From Torpedo marmorata (lineage: Eukaryota), in the NCBI GenBank assembly GCA_977017645.1, contig OZ360237.1, forward strand, positions 47,740,001-47,804,000: DNA of 64,000 nt, given 5' to 3'. Below the pieces are notes generated by a model. It saw nothing but the letters and a program-made list of their open reading frames with translations, did no database searches and was not told where the DNA came from. How positions within the stretch are numbered: the first letter of the stretch is position 1; every line of letters starts with the position of its first letter. The position numbers and the translations under genes are program-made. Positions 1 through 11,180 of the stretch are shown piece by piece.

Positions 1-300
1 AAGTTGGAATGATTTACCTATAACTTTAATAGGAAGAGTAAACTGTATAAAAATGAATGTTTTTTCCAAGAATTCAATATTTTTTTCAATCAATTCCTTA
101 TGAAATTCCTCAAAAATTCTTCAAAGATTTAATTTTAATTATCAGGAAATTTTTGTGGAAGGGAAAGTTGGCCAGAGAAGGTATGGAGGAATTAATTTGG
201 GATTACAAAATGGGAGGTTTACAACTTCCCAATTTTCAAAATTATTATAAAGCAGCCCAATTAAAATTTATTAATGAAATGTTTGATTTAGAAAAATCTT
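1..300 (+). mobile_element. L1/Tx1-clade LINE ORF2 fragment (region C-terminal to the RT), interrupted by a CR1
   Basis: ORF 57-302 has L1-clade motifs (RKFLWKGK, GGLQLPNFQNYYKAAQL); it ends where the CR1 tail begins. Confidence 0.8.
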
Positions 301-2420
301 AGACAATAGACAATAGGGGCTGGAGTAGACCATTTGGCCCTTCGAGCCAGCACCGCCATTCATTTAGATCATGGCTGATCCTCCACTATCAGTACCCTGT
401 CCCTGCCTTCTCCCCATAACCCTTAATTCCCCCATCCATAAGAGCCTTGTCTAATTCCCTCTTGAACCTATCCACAGAACCCACCTCTACCACCCTCTGC
501 GGCAAAGCATTCCACAGACCAACAACTTACTGGCTAAAAAAAAAATTCTCATCTCTGTCCTAAAGGGCCTTCCCTGTATTCTTAAACTATGGCCTCTAGT
601 CCTAGTCTCCCCCAACATCGGGAACATGTAATCCGTTTCTAACGAGTCCAATCCCTTAATAATCTTATATACCTCAATCATATCTCCCCTCAACCTTCTA
701 AATTCCAACGTATATAATCCCAGTTTATCCATCCTATCAGCATACGTCAATCCCTCCATCCTGGGAACTAATCTTGTGAATCTACGCTGCACCCCCTCAA
801 TAGCTAGAATATCCTTCCTCAAATTTGGAGACCAGAACTGGACACAATACTCCAGATGTGGTCTCACCAGGGCCCTGTACAATTTCAGAAGGACATCTCT
901 ACTCCTATACTCTATTTCCCTTTTAATGAAGGCCAACATGCCATTTGCCTTGTTCACAGCTTGCTGAACCTGCATGCTAGCTTTTAGTGACTGATGTACA
1001 AGCACACCCAGATCACGTTGCACTTCTCCACTCTTTAACTTGACTCCATTTAAATAATAATCTACCTTCCTGTTCCTGCCACCAAAATGAATAACCTCAC
1101 ACTTATCCACATTAAACTTCATCTTCCATGCATCCACCCACTCACCTAACCTGTCCAAGTCCCCTTGCATTCTCCTGACATCCCCCTCTCACTTCACACT
1201 GCTACCCAGTTTCGTGTCATCTGCAAATTTGCTTGTTATTTATAATCCCCTTATCCAAATCATTAACATATATGATAAACAACTGAGGACCCAGCACCGA
1301 ACCCTGCGGGACCCCACTTGTCACCTCCTGCCATCCCGAAAATGACCCTGTAATCCCCACCCTTTGTTTTCTGTCTGTCAACCAATTTTCTATCCATGTC
1401 AGCACCCTACCCCCAATACCATGCTCTTTGATTTTGCCAACTAATCTCCTGTGCGGGACCTTATCAAAAGCCTTCTGAAAGTCCAAGTACACCACATCCA
1501 CTGGCTCTCCCATGTCCACCTTCCTCGTCACATCTTCGAAAAATTTCAGAAGATTAGTCAAGCATGATTTTCCCTTCAGAAATCCATGCTGACTTGTAAT
1601 AATACTATTGTTCCTGTCTAAGTGTTCCATTATGTCTTCTTTTATAATAGATTCTAATATCTTCACCACCACTGACGTCAGGCTAACCGGTCTGTAATTG
1701 CCTGTTTTCTCCATCCCTCCCTTCTTAAAAAGCGGCACAACATTTGCCACCCTCTAATCCATAGGCACCTCACCTCTCCTGAATCAATAGAACACTGGAA
1801 AATGATGACCAATGCGTCTACAATTTCAAAAGCAACCTCCCTAAGTACTCTGGGATGCAGTCCATCAGGCCCTGGGGACTTATCATCCTTCAGTCCATTC
1901 AATTTACTCAAAACCACATGCCTCCGAATCTGGATTTCCCTCAATTCCTCCATTACCGTTGGAATTTCTATCAATTTCTTCGATACCGCAAGACCTCTTC
2001 CCCCTATCTGACCTATACCTGTATCTTCCCTGGTGAAGACAGATCCAAAGTATCTGTTAAACTTGTCAGCCATTTCCTTGCTTCCCATAATAATTTTGCC
2101 CGTCTCTGTTTTTAAGGGTCCCATCTTGGTCCTAACTTATTTTTTCCTCTTTACGTACCTAAAGAAGCTTTTACTATCCCCTTTTATATTATCGGCTAGT
2201 TTACTCTCGTACCTCACTTTTTCCTCCCGTATAGCTTTCTTAGTAATCTTCTGTTGCTCTTTGAATGTTTCCCAATCCTCTAGCTTCCCACTCCTCTTTG
2301 CTATATTATACTTCCTCTCTTTTGTCTTGATGCTGTTCCTGACTTCCTTTGTCAGCCACGGATGCCCTTTGCTAGCCTTAGAACCTTTCTTCCTCTTTGG
2401 AATGAACTGGTCCTGTATCT
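300..2420 (-). mobile_element. CR1 LINE, 5'-truncated, RT frameshifted
   Basis: Minus-strand ORFs with [58 protein letters not shown]; short tandem 3' tail (AGACAAT)n at about 301-316. Confidence 0.95.
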
Positions 2421-2562
2421 TAGAATATGTATGTTATAGAATAGTAAGGCTGGGAGGGAAGGGAGGGAGGGGGGGTGAAAATATATCACATGTATTTTGA
2501 TAATTTTGCATTTTATAAATATGTATTATCGAGTGATTTAAATAAAAAAAATTTTAAAAAAA
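2421..2562 (+). mobile_element. L1-clade 3' UTR and A-rich tail
   Basis: G-rich tract, then AAATATATCACATGTATTTTGA and an A-rich tail; same family as the tails at about 55430-55545, 45421-45614 (-) and 59657-59790 (-). Confidence 0.75.
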
Positions 2563-3613
2563 GATTGGTGAGTATGAATTTCACATTGGATGAACATGAC
2601 TGACAAAAGGGTGTGAAGCGAATGCAGGATTTATTTGTGCATTGAAGCCCAATATATTCTTGGTGACCCTGTGGCCAACAGTGCATTAGGTCATCTAGTC
2701 TCCAGTTTGGCTAATGACTCTGTAGTGGGAAGCTCAATTACTACCGGGACAATGATGTGGTTGGTTTGCTACTGGCTCTAGCACCCTCAAAAATGGAACT
2801 GAAATTCTCCAAATTTGCATTCAATAAATTGGGTAAGGTGAAGGTTGGACCTTGGTTGCCTCTTGTGATCTGAAGGTAAGGCAGTAACAATCAAATTATT
2901 GGCTGGTTATTTGTTTGCATTGTTTGCCTTTGTTATCATTGGCGATATCACAATTGTTGGCCTTATTTTGTGTATCCCTCTGGTCGATATTCGTATGCAA
3001 TCATTTGGAAAGTGTACTCAAGGATGGGGGGGGGGTGTCATATACCAATGTCCTTTGCATTATTTTGATGTCTGCAAGTGTGAGACAGTAGAGGTAGTGT
3101 AATGGAGACAGTTAGAGGCATCAGTAGTGGGTACAGGTGGAATGAATGGATCTAAGGTTTGCAACATGCTTTAGAATAGATGCATGTTGGATGGAATGAA
3201 GAAGTATATGACAGATTTGTACATCAGTTGTCCACTTCTATAAGTTTAAGCAGCTGTGCTATGGTAACCAGCAGCAGTGTGGGTGGAAGTGCTGGATCGG
3301 TGCAGAGACCAGGGGTGGGACAAACACTGTAAAATGTCCTGGGGTAAGGTTACCTATTTCACACATTTCCTTTTTTCAAAAGATCGTCACTTTGCTGGTT
3401 CCAGCAGGTACTACACGGAATGGGATAAGGGAAGCAGTGAGAATGGAAGGTTTTATTAGTGACCTAATTAATTGGTAGTTTAGAATACGCCAAGTTATTT
3501 CCATTGATGTTTAATGAGCATGAATGGTTGATTCTTAGTCGCCTTCTAAAAGTTCTGCTTAATTTTTTTTTGCATTTGCTTGGTGTCTTCTCAAGTAGCA
3601 GCTGCCAGACATT

Positions 3614-3792
3614 TCTCTCTCTCCCTCCTCCCTCTCTATCTCTCTCACCTCCCCCCATTCTTTCCCATCTCTATCTCTTCCTCTCTCTTCCCCTCCTTCC
3701 TCTCTTCCTCTCTTTATCTCTCCTTCGTTCCCCTCTGCTCTCTCTCTCTCTCTCTCCTCTCTTTCTCTTTCGCTCTCTCCCTCTCTCTCTCT
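3614..3792. repeat. (CT)n-rich polypyrimidine microsatellite
   Basis: Visible directly in the sequence. Confidence 0.95.
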
Positions 3793-3799
3793 TGGCAGA

Positions 3800-3960
3800 C
3801 AAATGACAAATGCGATGTTTTATCCATGCAATTTATTTCATTATTGTTCCTTACACCGAGAATCATAATCAATCACGAGGAAGTTCAGTTGGCAGGTGTC
3901 AATCTTGGTATATATTTTTTTGTGTCTCCGTCTATATTTAATCCAATTATAAGGGTCAAG
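3800..3960 (+). promoter_or_regulatory. Pax6 pancreas (islet) enhancer homolog
   Basis: ATAATCAATCACGAGGAAGTTCAGTTGGCAGGTGTCAATCTTGG matches the remembered mouse element, with Pbx (CAATCA) and Meis/Prep (TGTCA) sites; it lies just upstream of the ectodermal enhancer, as in mammals. Confidence 0.75.
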
Positions 3961-4059
3961 GACTGAGTGCAAGTCTCCTTGTTACAGCTCACTTGTCATT
4001 CCCGATTTATGGTAAAAGTTAAATCTGATCATATTCCAGTGAGGAAGCAAAGATTCCTG

Positions 4060-4360
4060 TTGTAAGCCCGGAGAACGCCGCCATGGCGTTCATTAAACAG
4101 GTGCTCTTCGGTTGTTAATGGAATATTTATGAGTGTTTATGTGTAAATGAATCATCCTGTTATTTCCTAAAGGAGGGGGAGGTTTTAATGATTGAGGCTG
4201 TGTCTCGGCTCACTGCGCTTTCGACTACAATTGTAGATCGAACTCAGCCCTTGTCACGTCGGGAAACAGTGAATCTATAACATACAGGACGTGGCTGTCG
4301 ACATACAGCAAATTGCATTCAATCAGCCCCGGGGAATTCGGCTAATGCTTCGGCCGAAAA
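4060..4360 (+). promoter_or_regulatory. Pax6 ectodermal (lens/cornea) enhancer EE homolog
   Basis: ACAATTGTAGATCGAA...CCTTGTCA...AGTGAAT...AACAT.CAGGACGTG.CTGTC...AATTGCAT.CAATCA.CCCC.GGGAATTC.GCTAATG matches the remembered EE core (Sox, Meis, POU sites); about 6.7 kb upstream of P0. Confidence 0.85.
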
Positions 4361-4554
4361 GCCGTCGTGGGAGGGGGAGGGGGTGAAGAAATCAGACTTA
4401 CTTAACAATATGTAAAAAGTAGAGTGGAGCGCGTGAAACGAAGTTGCAGGAGGAATTAATAACGTGTCTCGCCAAGAGCAATAAAAATATATAAAAATCA
4501 AGAATAACAATAGTCTTTCAGATATTCGCCATTTATTCTATGATTTTTATATAT

Positions 4555-4935
4555 AGTGTGCGGGTGGGCTTTTGTGTGTGGGGGGGGTGTGTGGGGTGGT
4601 GAGGTTGCCTGTGTATTTGGAATATTTGTGACTTTATGTATGTGACAGAGACAAAATGTATCTGTGTGTGTGTATCTGTACGTTTGTGTGTGTATATATA
4701 TATATATATACCTGTATGTGTGTGTGTGTTCCGACGGTACACTTGTTTGTGCATTTGGCAGTGTCTGCGTTCGTGCATGTTGTGTCTCTGCGACGAGTCT
4801 GTCTGTATGCCCATGTGTGTCTATGTGCACGTGTGTTTGTGTTTGACAGTAAATGTCTTCGTTCGTGTGTATTGTGGTTCTGTTTCTGTGTGTGTCTATG
4901 TGTTTGCATCTGCGTGTGTTTGTCCGTATGTATTT
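4555..4935. repeat. Degenerate (GT)n/(TA)n microsatellite
   Basis: Visible directly; explains the low-complexity ORFs here. Confidence 0.95.
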
Positions 4936-7155
4936 ATGCGGGTCTGTTTGAAGCAGGGTGAATGTTTAAATTGGAAATGTAAATTTAAATTCGCATGCAG
5001 CAAAGTACCTGGATCTCAGACGCTCGATCACAAACATTGTTTTTTCGCCAGTCGGTGTTTGTTTAGAACGCACTTGCCATTCGGATTGACATATCTCAGT
5101 ATTGCACAATTACTTTCCAACGTCTGTTAGCTGGGGGGATCATATAATAACGCAACAACTCATAGTCACACTTAAAGCAAGAACATAGGAATATCGCCAC
5201 CCTTCACTTCAGATCCGAACCCAGAACTGACTGAATGTTTCTTTGACGCCAACCATGCTCCTCGTGGTCTTTTCAAAGTACTAAACAGGCAACTTGTACT
5301 TGGCTGATGTGCATGGACATCAAATGCCATTAAAAAAGTCAAGTGCCAGTACGTGGTTTATATTTTATTAAAATGACAGGATTTATTAAGCACTAAAAAA
5401 AAACTTGCTCAGGAGCTGAGTAACGGACCATTCTCCAAACGAATTATTCGGACAGAACGGCGTTCATCAAAGTTAACTATGAAGATATAACGTTTGCGCG
5501 ATAATTGGGAACAGCATTTTGTAACCGGACACCCTTTTTACACGCGATCACTAATCCTTCCACGGGCTTTCAGGTTAACATAAATTTCCTGAACTACAAG
5601 CCGGCTGCTAATATTGAAATGGCCAGTGTTATCTCGTCTCCGGATAGGCGCGGTAATCGTTGAGGAAGTGACATTTAACAAACGTTTTGTGAGGGCTCTT
5701 GGAGAGAGAGCGGGGGCGTCTGATAGTTAATATGTTTGCAAAATACCGGTTGAAGCCAGTGCAACTTTCAAAGTGGAATCCAGTGCAGCGACTGCACTGA
5801 ACTTATTCATGAATACTGGAGGGGGGGGGGAGGACCTTACCGGACCATATGTCCCCCATCACAAATGTACCCCAACCACTAATCGCAGCGATTCGGCCCG
5901 GTATCGTTTGAGAATTGCTCCGTTAGATTCACCATATTTGATTTTTCGTTACCGTTACTGACTTTACTTAAGGACAGAACCAACGCAGAAAGTGCCCTGA
6001 ATCTCACCGTGCTTTCTCAACACCCCCTCCCCCCGCCTTCCCCACTCATCGGTCTGTTTCTCTATCCGTTTGAAATACCTACCGTGGTCTCCTACCTCTG
6101 ACATTCTAAAGCAAATGGCTGGACTCCCAAACCGAAAGCCAACAGTAACTGTTGGCAGCCCGTTTTTTTAAAGGTCAAACCTAAAAGGGTTGGCATAAAA
6201 AAAGAAAACGTTTTTAAAGAACGTTTTTCGCATTCTGTTGCAGTGTCCAAAAATTCTGAGACCACGGTGCATTTATAGTATGTGTTGGACTGCTTCGCGG
6301 TGTCATTTAGGATACACATCTATTTAGCATGACTGACTATAACAGTATTTTTCACTGATGGGGGGTGTAATTACTTGCTTTATTTAGCAAGAGGGGTTTC
6401 CTAAATGCCCCACCCCAGTGAGGAACAGTCCCGTCAAATGCAAGGAGAGACGGCTTGGGGGGCTTTTGGTGGGGAACGAGAGGTGGGAGTTGATTGTTCT
6501 TCCATTGATTGCTGTGTGACATAAAGATGTCAAGGCACGAAATTTAAAAATGAATTTACTTCACATGATCTCACCTGCCAGTGACATGGCCTCCATATTT
6601 CGTTGCAACTCATCTCGCTTTTCGTTCAATTCCAGTGTCAGAGCCAGTTCCGGCAAATTGGATTAAAAAAAAACCTTCTATGTTTGTGTCCAACCCACTT
6701 GCACGGTTTAGCCATCTCTCGCTCTTTTGCAATCGATTTTAGCTTGTACGGGTCAGGTTCGTGATGTTGTTTAAACTGAGTGAAGAGGCAGGTTAATTAT
6801 TTAAATTGCTGTAGTGACTGTTGCACCTCGTGTTAAGAATGCCCAAAGAGGCAGCAGGATTCTTTTGTTAGCCTAACTGCAGGAGCACGTACATGGTTAC
6901 CTATTGGTCGCAGACATCTTATGGGGCACCCCATAACTATAACCTTTAGCTTTTGTTGAAGTCGTACAAGGAGTCGGTAGTCTTGTTGAAATCCAAACGA
7001 CACATGTGTTCAGCGTTCAAAATTCAAAACGAAACGAGGGGTGCGTTCTGAAATAGTAACGTGACCATCCCAGGCAAAGTGCAAATCGAATAACTAGTTT
7101 TCTCATCAGTGCAGTGACATCAAACACGAAAGGGGCACCTGAAGCACATTGGAAG

Positions 7156-7462
7156 TAGAACACGAAAGACTGCAGACACTGTGGTTGAAGTAAAAACACA
7201 ATGCTGGAGAAACTCAGCAGGTCAAACAGTGTACTTTATATAGCAAAGATAAAGATATATAACCAACGTTTTGGGCTTGAGCCCTTCATCAAGGTATGGA
7301 AAAATGTCGGCAGGCGCCCGAACAAAATGTTTGGGCGCCTGCCGACATTTTTCCATACCTTGATGAACGACTCAAGCCTGAAAAGTTGGTTATGTGTCTT
7401 TATCTTTGCTCTATAAAGTACACTGTTTGACCTGCTGAGTTTCTCCAGCATTGTGTTTTTAC
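7156..7462. mobile_element. Penelope-derived fold-back element (inverted pLTR arms)
   Basis: 7190-7462 is a near-perfect inverted repeat centred at about 7326; the arm sequence (ATGCTGGAGAAACTCAGCAGGTC...) also abuts a Penelope GIY-YIG remnant at 38090-38580. Confidence 0.85.
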
Positions 7463-7834
7463 CTTAAGCACATTGCCTATTTGCTGTTGTCCTGGTCAGC
7501 TAAGTACTTTCTATTTATTAAGTTGAGCCTGGACTAGCTCGACAGCCTCTGGGTTAGGAAAATGTTTTTTTGTAAAGCTGATTTTAGAAGAATTGATTAT
7601 ACCTAATTGTGCCCAAATGTTCTACGTTGTTGAAGCTGCCAGAAATGTTCAAGACAATAAATTTCTACTCGATGTAGCTGCACTGCATCCTTGAGACAAT
7701 GACATTCTTGAAACACTTGGCAACTTGCATTTCCACAGTAACGCAAAGTTGCATTCTTCAATGTCAGAGCGTGCTCATGTGTATCCTAAGCCAAAAAACT
7801 GTGCTAGGAACTATGTTTGTCTCAGTGTAGCAAT

Positions 7835-7945
7835 CTTACGAATACATGGCAAAGGTGTCTATATTTCCAAGGGACTTCACTATGACGTGCTTTGGCTACT
7901 TCTAAGATCGTGAAGGGCGCTACATAAATGCAACCCTTTCTTGCT
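7835..7945 (+). mobile_element. Old DeuSINE/SacSINE-like 3' remnant
   Basis: GTGCTTTGG...GATCGTGAAGGGCGCTACATAAATGCAA resembles the L2-derived tail of shark DeuSINEs (from memory). Confidence 0.5.
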
Positions 7946-7989
7946 TCAATGCAGAAAACAAGGACAAAATCGTCGCTGTAAATTGCCAA

Positions 7990-8163
7990 GTTGTAACCGG
8001 GTATACACGGTCTAAACTTGTTTATAGTTTTCTTTATTTTTTTAACAAAATAGGTGCATCTGTACATTGGGCTCATAGTTGTAACTGGGTACACACGGTC
8101 TAAACTTGTTTATAGTATTCTTTATTTAACCAAAAAATCGGTGCATCCGTACATTGGACTCGT
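7990..8163. repeat. Two-copy tandem duplication, unit about 88 bp
   Basis: GTTGTAAC.GGGTA.ACACGGTCTAAACTTGTTTATAGT...GGTGCATC.GTACATTGG.CTC occurs at 7990 and again at 8078. Confidence 0.9.
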
Positions 8164-10939
8164 GGAAATGCTCGTGTAGAAAGGGTCTAAATTGGCGTCA
8201 ACTTGCTTAACATGCCTCCGATTACACCTTCCTCGGTGCGTGTCGTTTAACACAAAAGAAGCGCAGATGAAGCACCCCATGTTTGGAACATCACATTAAC
8301 TATAAAGCACCATCCGCTCCCTCTGACACTTAACCACAGTAACAAAAAAAAAACCACAGCAAACGCCCGTGAGGTGAGCCGTGTAAACAATCCTGCGGAT
8401 CGGCGGCGGGTCAGGCTGCACAGATTGGTTCACGGATGAGCTTGTTTTGAAGAGTCGTGCAGTTCGGAGAGGAAAAGGCAACACCTGGCTGTTTTTAGCT
8501 CCGTTTACCTTTGCCGAGAGACAGATAAGGGGACAGCGCACCGTTTCTAACCCCTCCTTCGAGAACCCTGGTCGGTTGCACGGTTTCAGAGCGCGTCTAA
8601 TAGCAACGGGTCGCATCATTAGCGAAGCACCTTTCCCCGACAGTTCCCCATTAAAAAAAAACTATTGAAACATTATCCAGAGACTTCCTGCCATACTGGC
8701 CAACATATTATTCTATCATATCCAGGGAAGGAGTAAACACCACTTGTTCCCGTGTTCCTGACATGGTCAACACACATTTGTTTTAAAAACCCATTACTTC
8801 ACTTAGCCTGACTTGAAGCAACGCCAAAACGTGACAAAATCTCCTACCTTCTATAAAAGAAGTGGAAACGCAATAAGCAAAAGCTTTTCCTCCAACCGAA
8901 TTCAGAAAATCGGTTATTCTTTTGTAACTTGTAAAAGGCAATACATTGCAAAAACCCTCCTTGAATTGTGTGCGTTATATGCACGCATAATATATACATG
9001 CACACATATATATGATTTACATAGGAGTGTATATGTTATTAATATATAAAATATACATGTATGTACGTACTACATGTTTTATAAAATACATGCAAATATA
9101 TAGATAGATATAGATAACAAGATCAGGAAAATCTCTTGTTTCAAGGTAACATACCCAAATGGGTCGTTTTTGTTCTCCGGTTCTTCAGAGCAACTTTCGT
9201 GTTGATGATCGAACTCACTCGGAATAGAAAGGCAGCGCGGTGCAGGCGTGCGGATTATTTTCTTGGAATGTTTAGTTACGAGCAGTAAACCGTGGCTTTG
9301 TGAGGGCAGATCCTAATCAATTATTTACTCTGCAAAATATGTGTAAATAATGCTCTATCTGAAAATCAGTGAAACTATACTGACATTGAATGAAATGCCC
9401 GAGCGATTCAATGTTCGAGCAGGCTGATAAAAATCATTAAAGATGTGCAGATGCATCCATACACACACATTAGGCAGGCCATCGACGGGGAACACACGCA
9501 CACGGTACAAATGCACACTTAATTGTACCTATATAAGAGAGCGTATATCTGGAAGAATACACACACACACACGTGTGCGTGTGTGTAAAAGTGTGTTAAA
9601 TATATATTTATATATATTTAATGATCTTATATTCATGTGATGGTATATCACATGTGATCTTATATACAGGAAATCGCACATCAAAGGATATACAGGCCAT
9701 TCGAACGAGATCTGTACAGACACGTGTGTTTATGTTTTTATATATCCAAACAGAATGACCTCAGATATTCCTTTAACAATGAGACCCAACTGCATCTCCC
9801 TAAATGTCAAGATTTGGAATGAGAGAGAGAGAAAAAAAAACCAATTCTCGGAACTCTTTTTCGCAAACTCTTTGTATTTCGTGATGTTTTGAAGAATAAA
9901 ACTTGAATCATCCATCGCTCACTTAGCAGCGCATTATGTTAGACAGGAAGTGTGAGTTTTGATTACATTTCTGGTGACAAGTGTCTCAGGCATTTGCGGG
10001 GACTGTGTGGAAACGGTGTGTTGGTAAAGAAGAAGGCTCAGGTAAGCTGTCTGAGGCCTTGTACATTCGACATATTTTCATTGGGACGAAGCTAGTTACC
10101 GTTTTAATGGAGGTATCCAGGCAGACGTAGAAAGTTGATTTTTCTACCTGACTGAACCCTTTCAATAAATAGAACCGAGAGCCAATATATCAATGTTTAC
10201 TTTATTGGTGACTTCGAACTAAATCACGGTGAATCCGGCTGTGGGGTTGAGGCGAATGATAAATTATATAAAGCAATTATTAGCCCTGGCGAATCTTTCC
10301 CCACTTAATGTCAGGCAGTGGGACTTAATTGCGTGAATAATTGTTATATGAAGGCTGGTGTCTAATACTTCACACCAGATAAACATCATTTTCTTTACCC
10401 TGTAGAACGTTTGCAACGTAAAATAAATTGCATGATATATATTGACAGAGAGGAATCGGCCACTGAACACCTGCGGCATTTAATTGAATCTTATCCATTA
10501 TTGCAATATTGTAACATTGAACTATGCAAAAAGCATTTAAATATATTCAATATATTTATTGTAGAATTAGCTGTTTATATTTATATATCAGATATGCAAT
10601 TGGAACTATACTTTCATAATCACACATTTAGAAAATGACAATATTATCCTTCCTTCCTGTCCATCAACACCGACCTGATTCTGAAGTATGAAAAGTTTAT
10701 TGAATGTTGCTTTTAGATAAATAGCCACATAAGGAAAATAGGACGAGGCCGTCCTTTTTCTTAAATGGGGCCTTATAAGTTTGGCACAAAGAGTAATCAG
10801 CTTTCCCTGGTGTTTCCGGTCTTTTCCATATTTTACAACACGAGTGGAGGGCGGGGTGGGTGAGGGTGGGACAATCCCCAAACCGAGGAACATTTCCACT
10901 TAAAACGAACCCGGCGTAAGTGCAGCCCTTGTGTTTGCA

Positions 10940-11012
10940 CAGGGTGTCATGACGTCAGGCAGGCGCCTGGTCCAATCAGCGCCGAGCTGACACTGATATT
11001 AAGGGGGAAAGT
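10940..11012 (+). promoter_or_regulatory. Pax6 promoter P0
   Basis: CRE TGACGTCA 10950-10957, CCAAT 10972-10976, TATA-like ATATTAA 10996-11002 followed by GGGGGAAAGTT, as in the tetrapod P0. Confidence 0.8.
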
Positions 11013-11019
11013 TTGTGTT

Positions 11020-11180
11020 GAACGAAAAGCCGTCCCATGGTCCCGGTGACATTTAAACTCTGAGCGAGAGCCCGATGTGAAAATAAGGCGACAAACCCCT
11101 TCCTGGTTCTATCCAACTCACCCCACCGGAAGACAATGAAAATCGTTTGATCTCCGCCTGTGCATGTGCGATTGATTCAG
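11020..11180 (+). other. pax6: Pax6 non-coding exon 0 (start approximate)
   Basis: Lies downstream of the P0 TATA-like box; candidate donor CAG|GTATTG at 11180/11181. Confidence 0.5.

Noticed and set aside
3464-5130. Cluster of 60-164 aa ORFs on both strands
   Set aside because: They are translations of CT and GT microsatellites (L/S and C/V/H/T runs) and show no coding signal.
7201-7451. Two nearly identical 71-aa ORFs on opposite strands
   Set aside because: An artefact of the palindromic repeat, not a gene pair.
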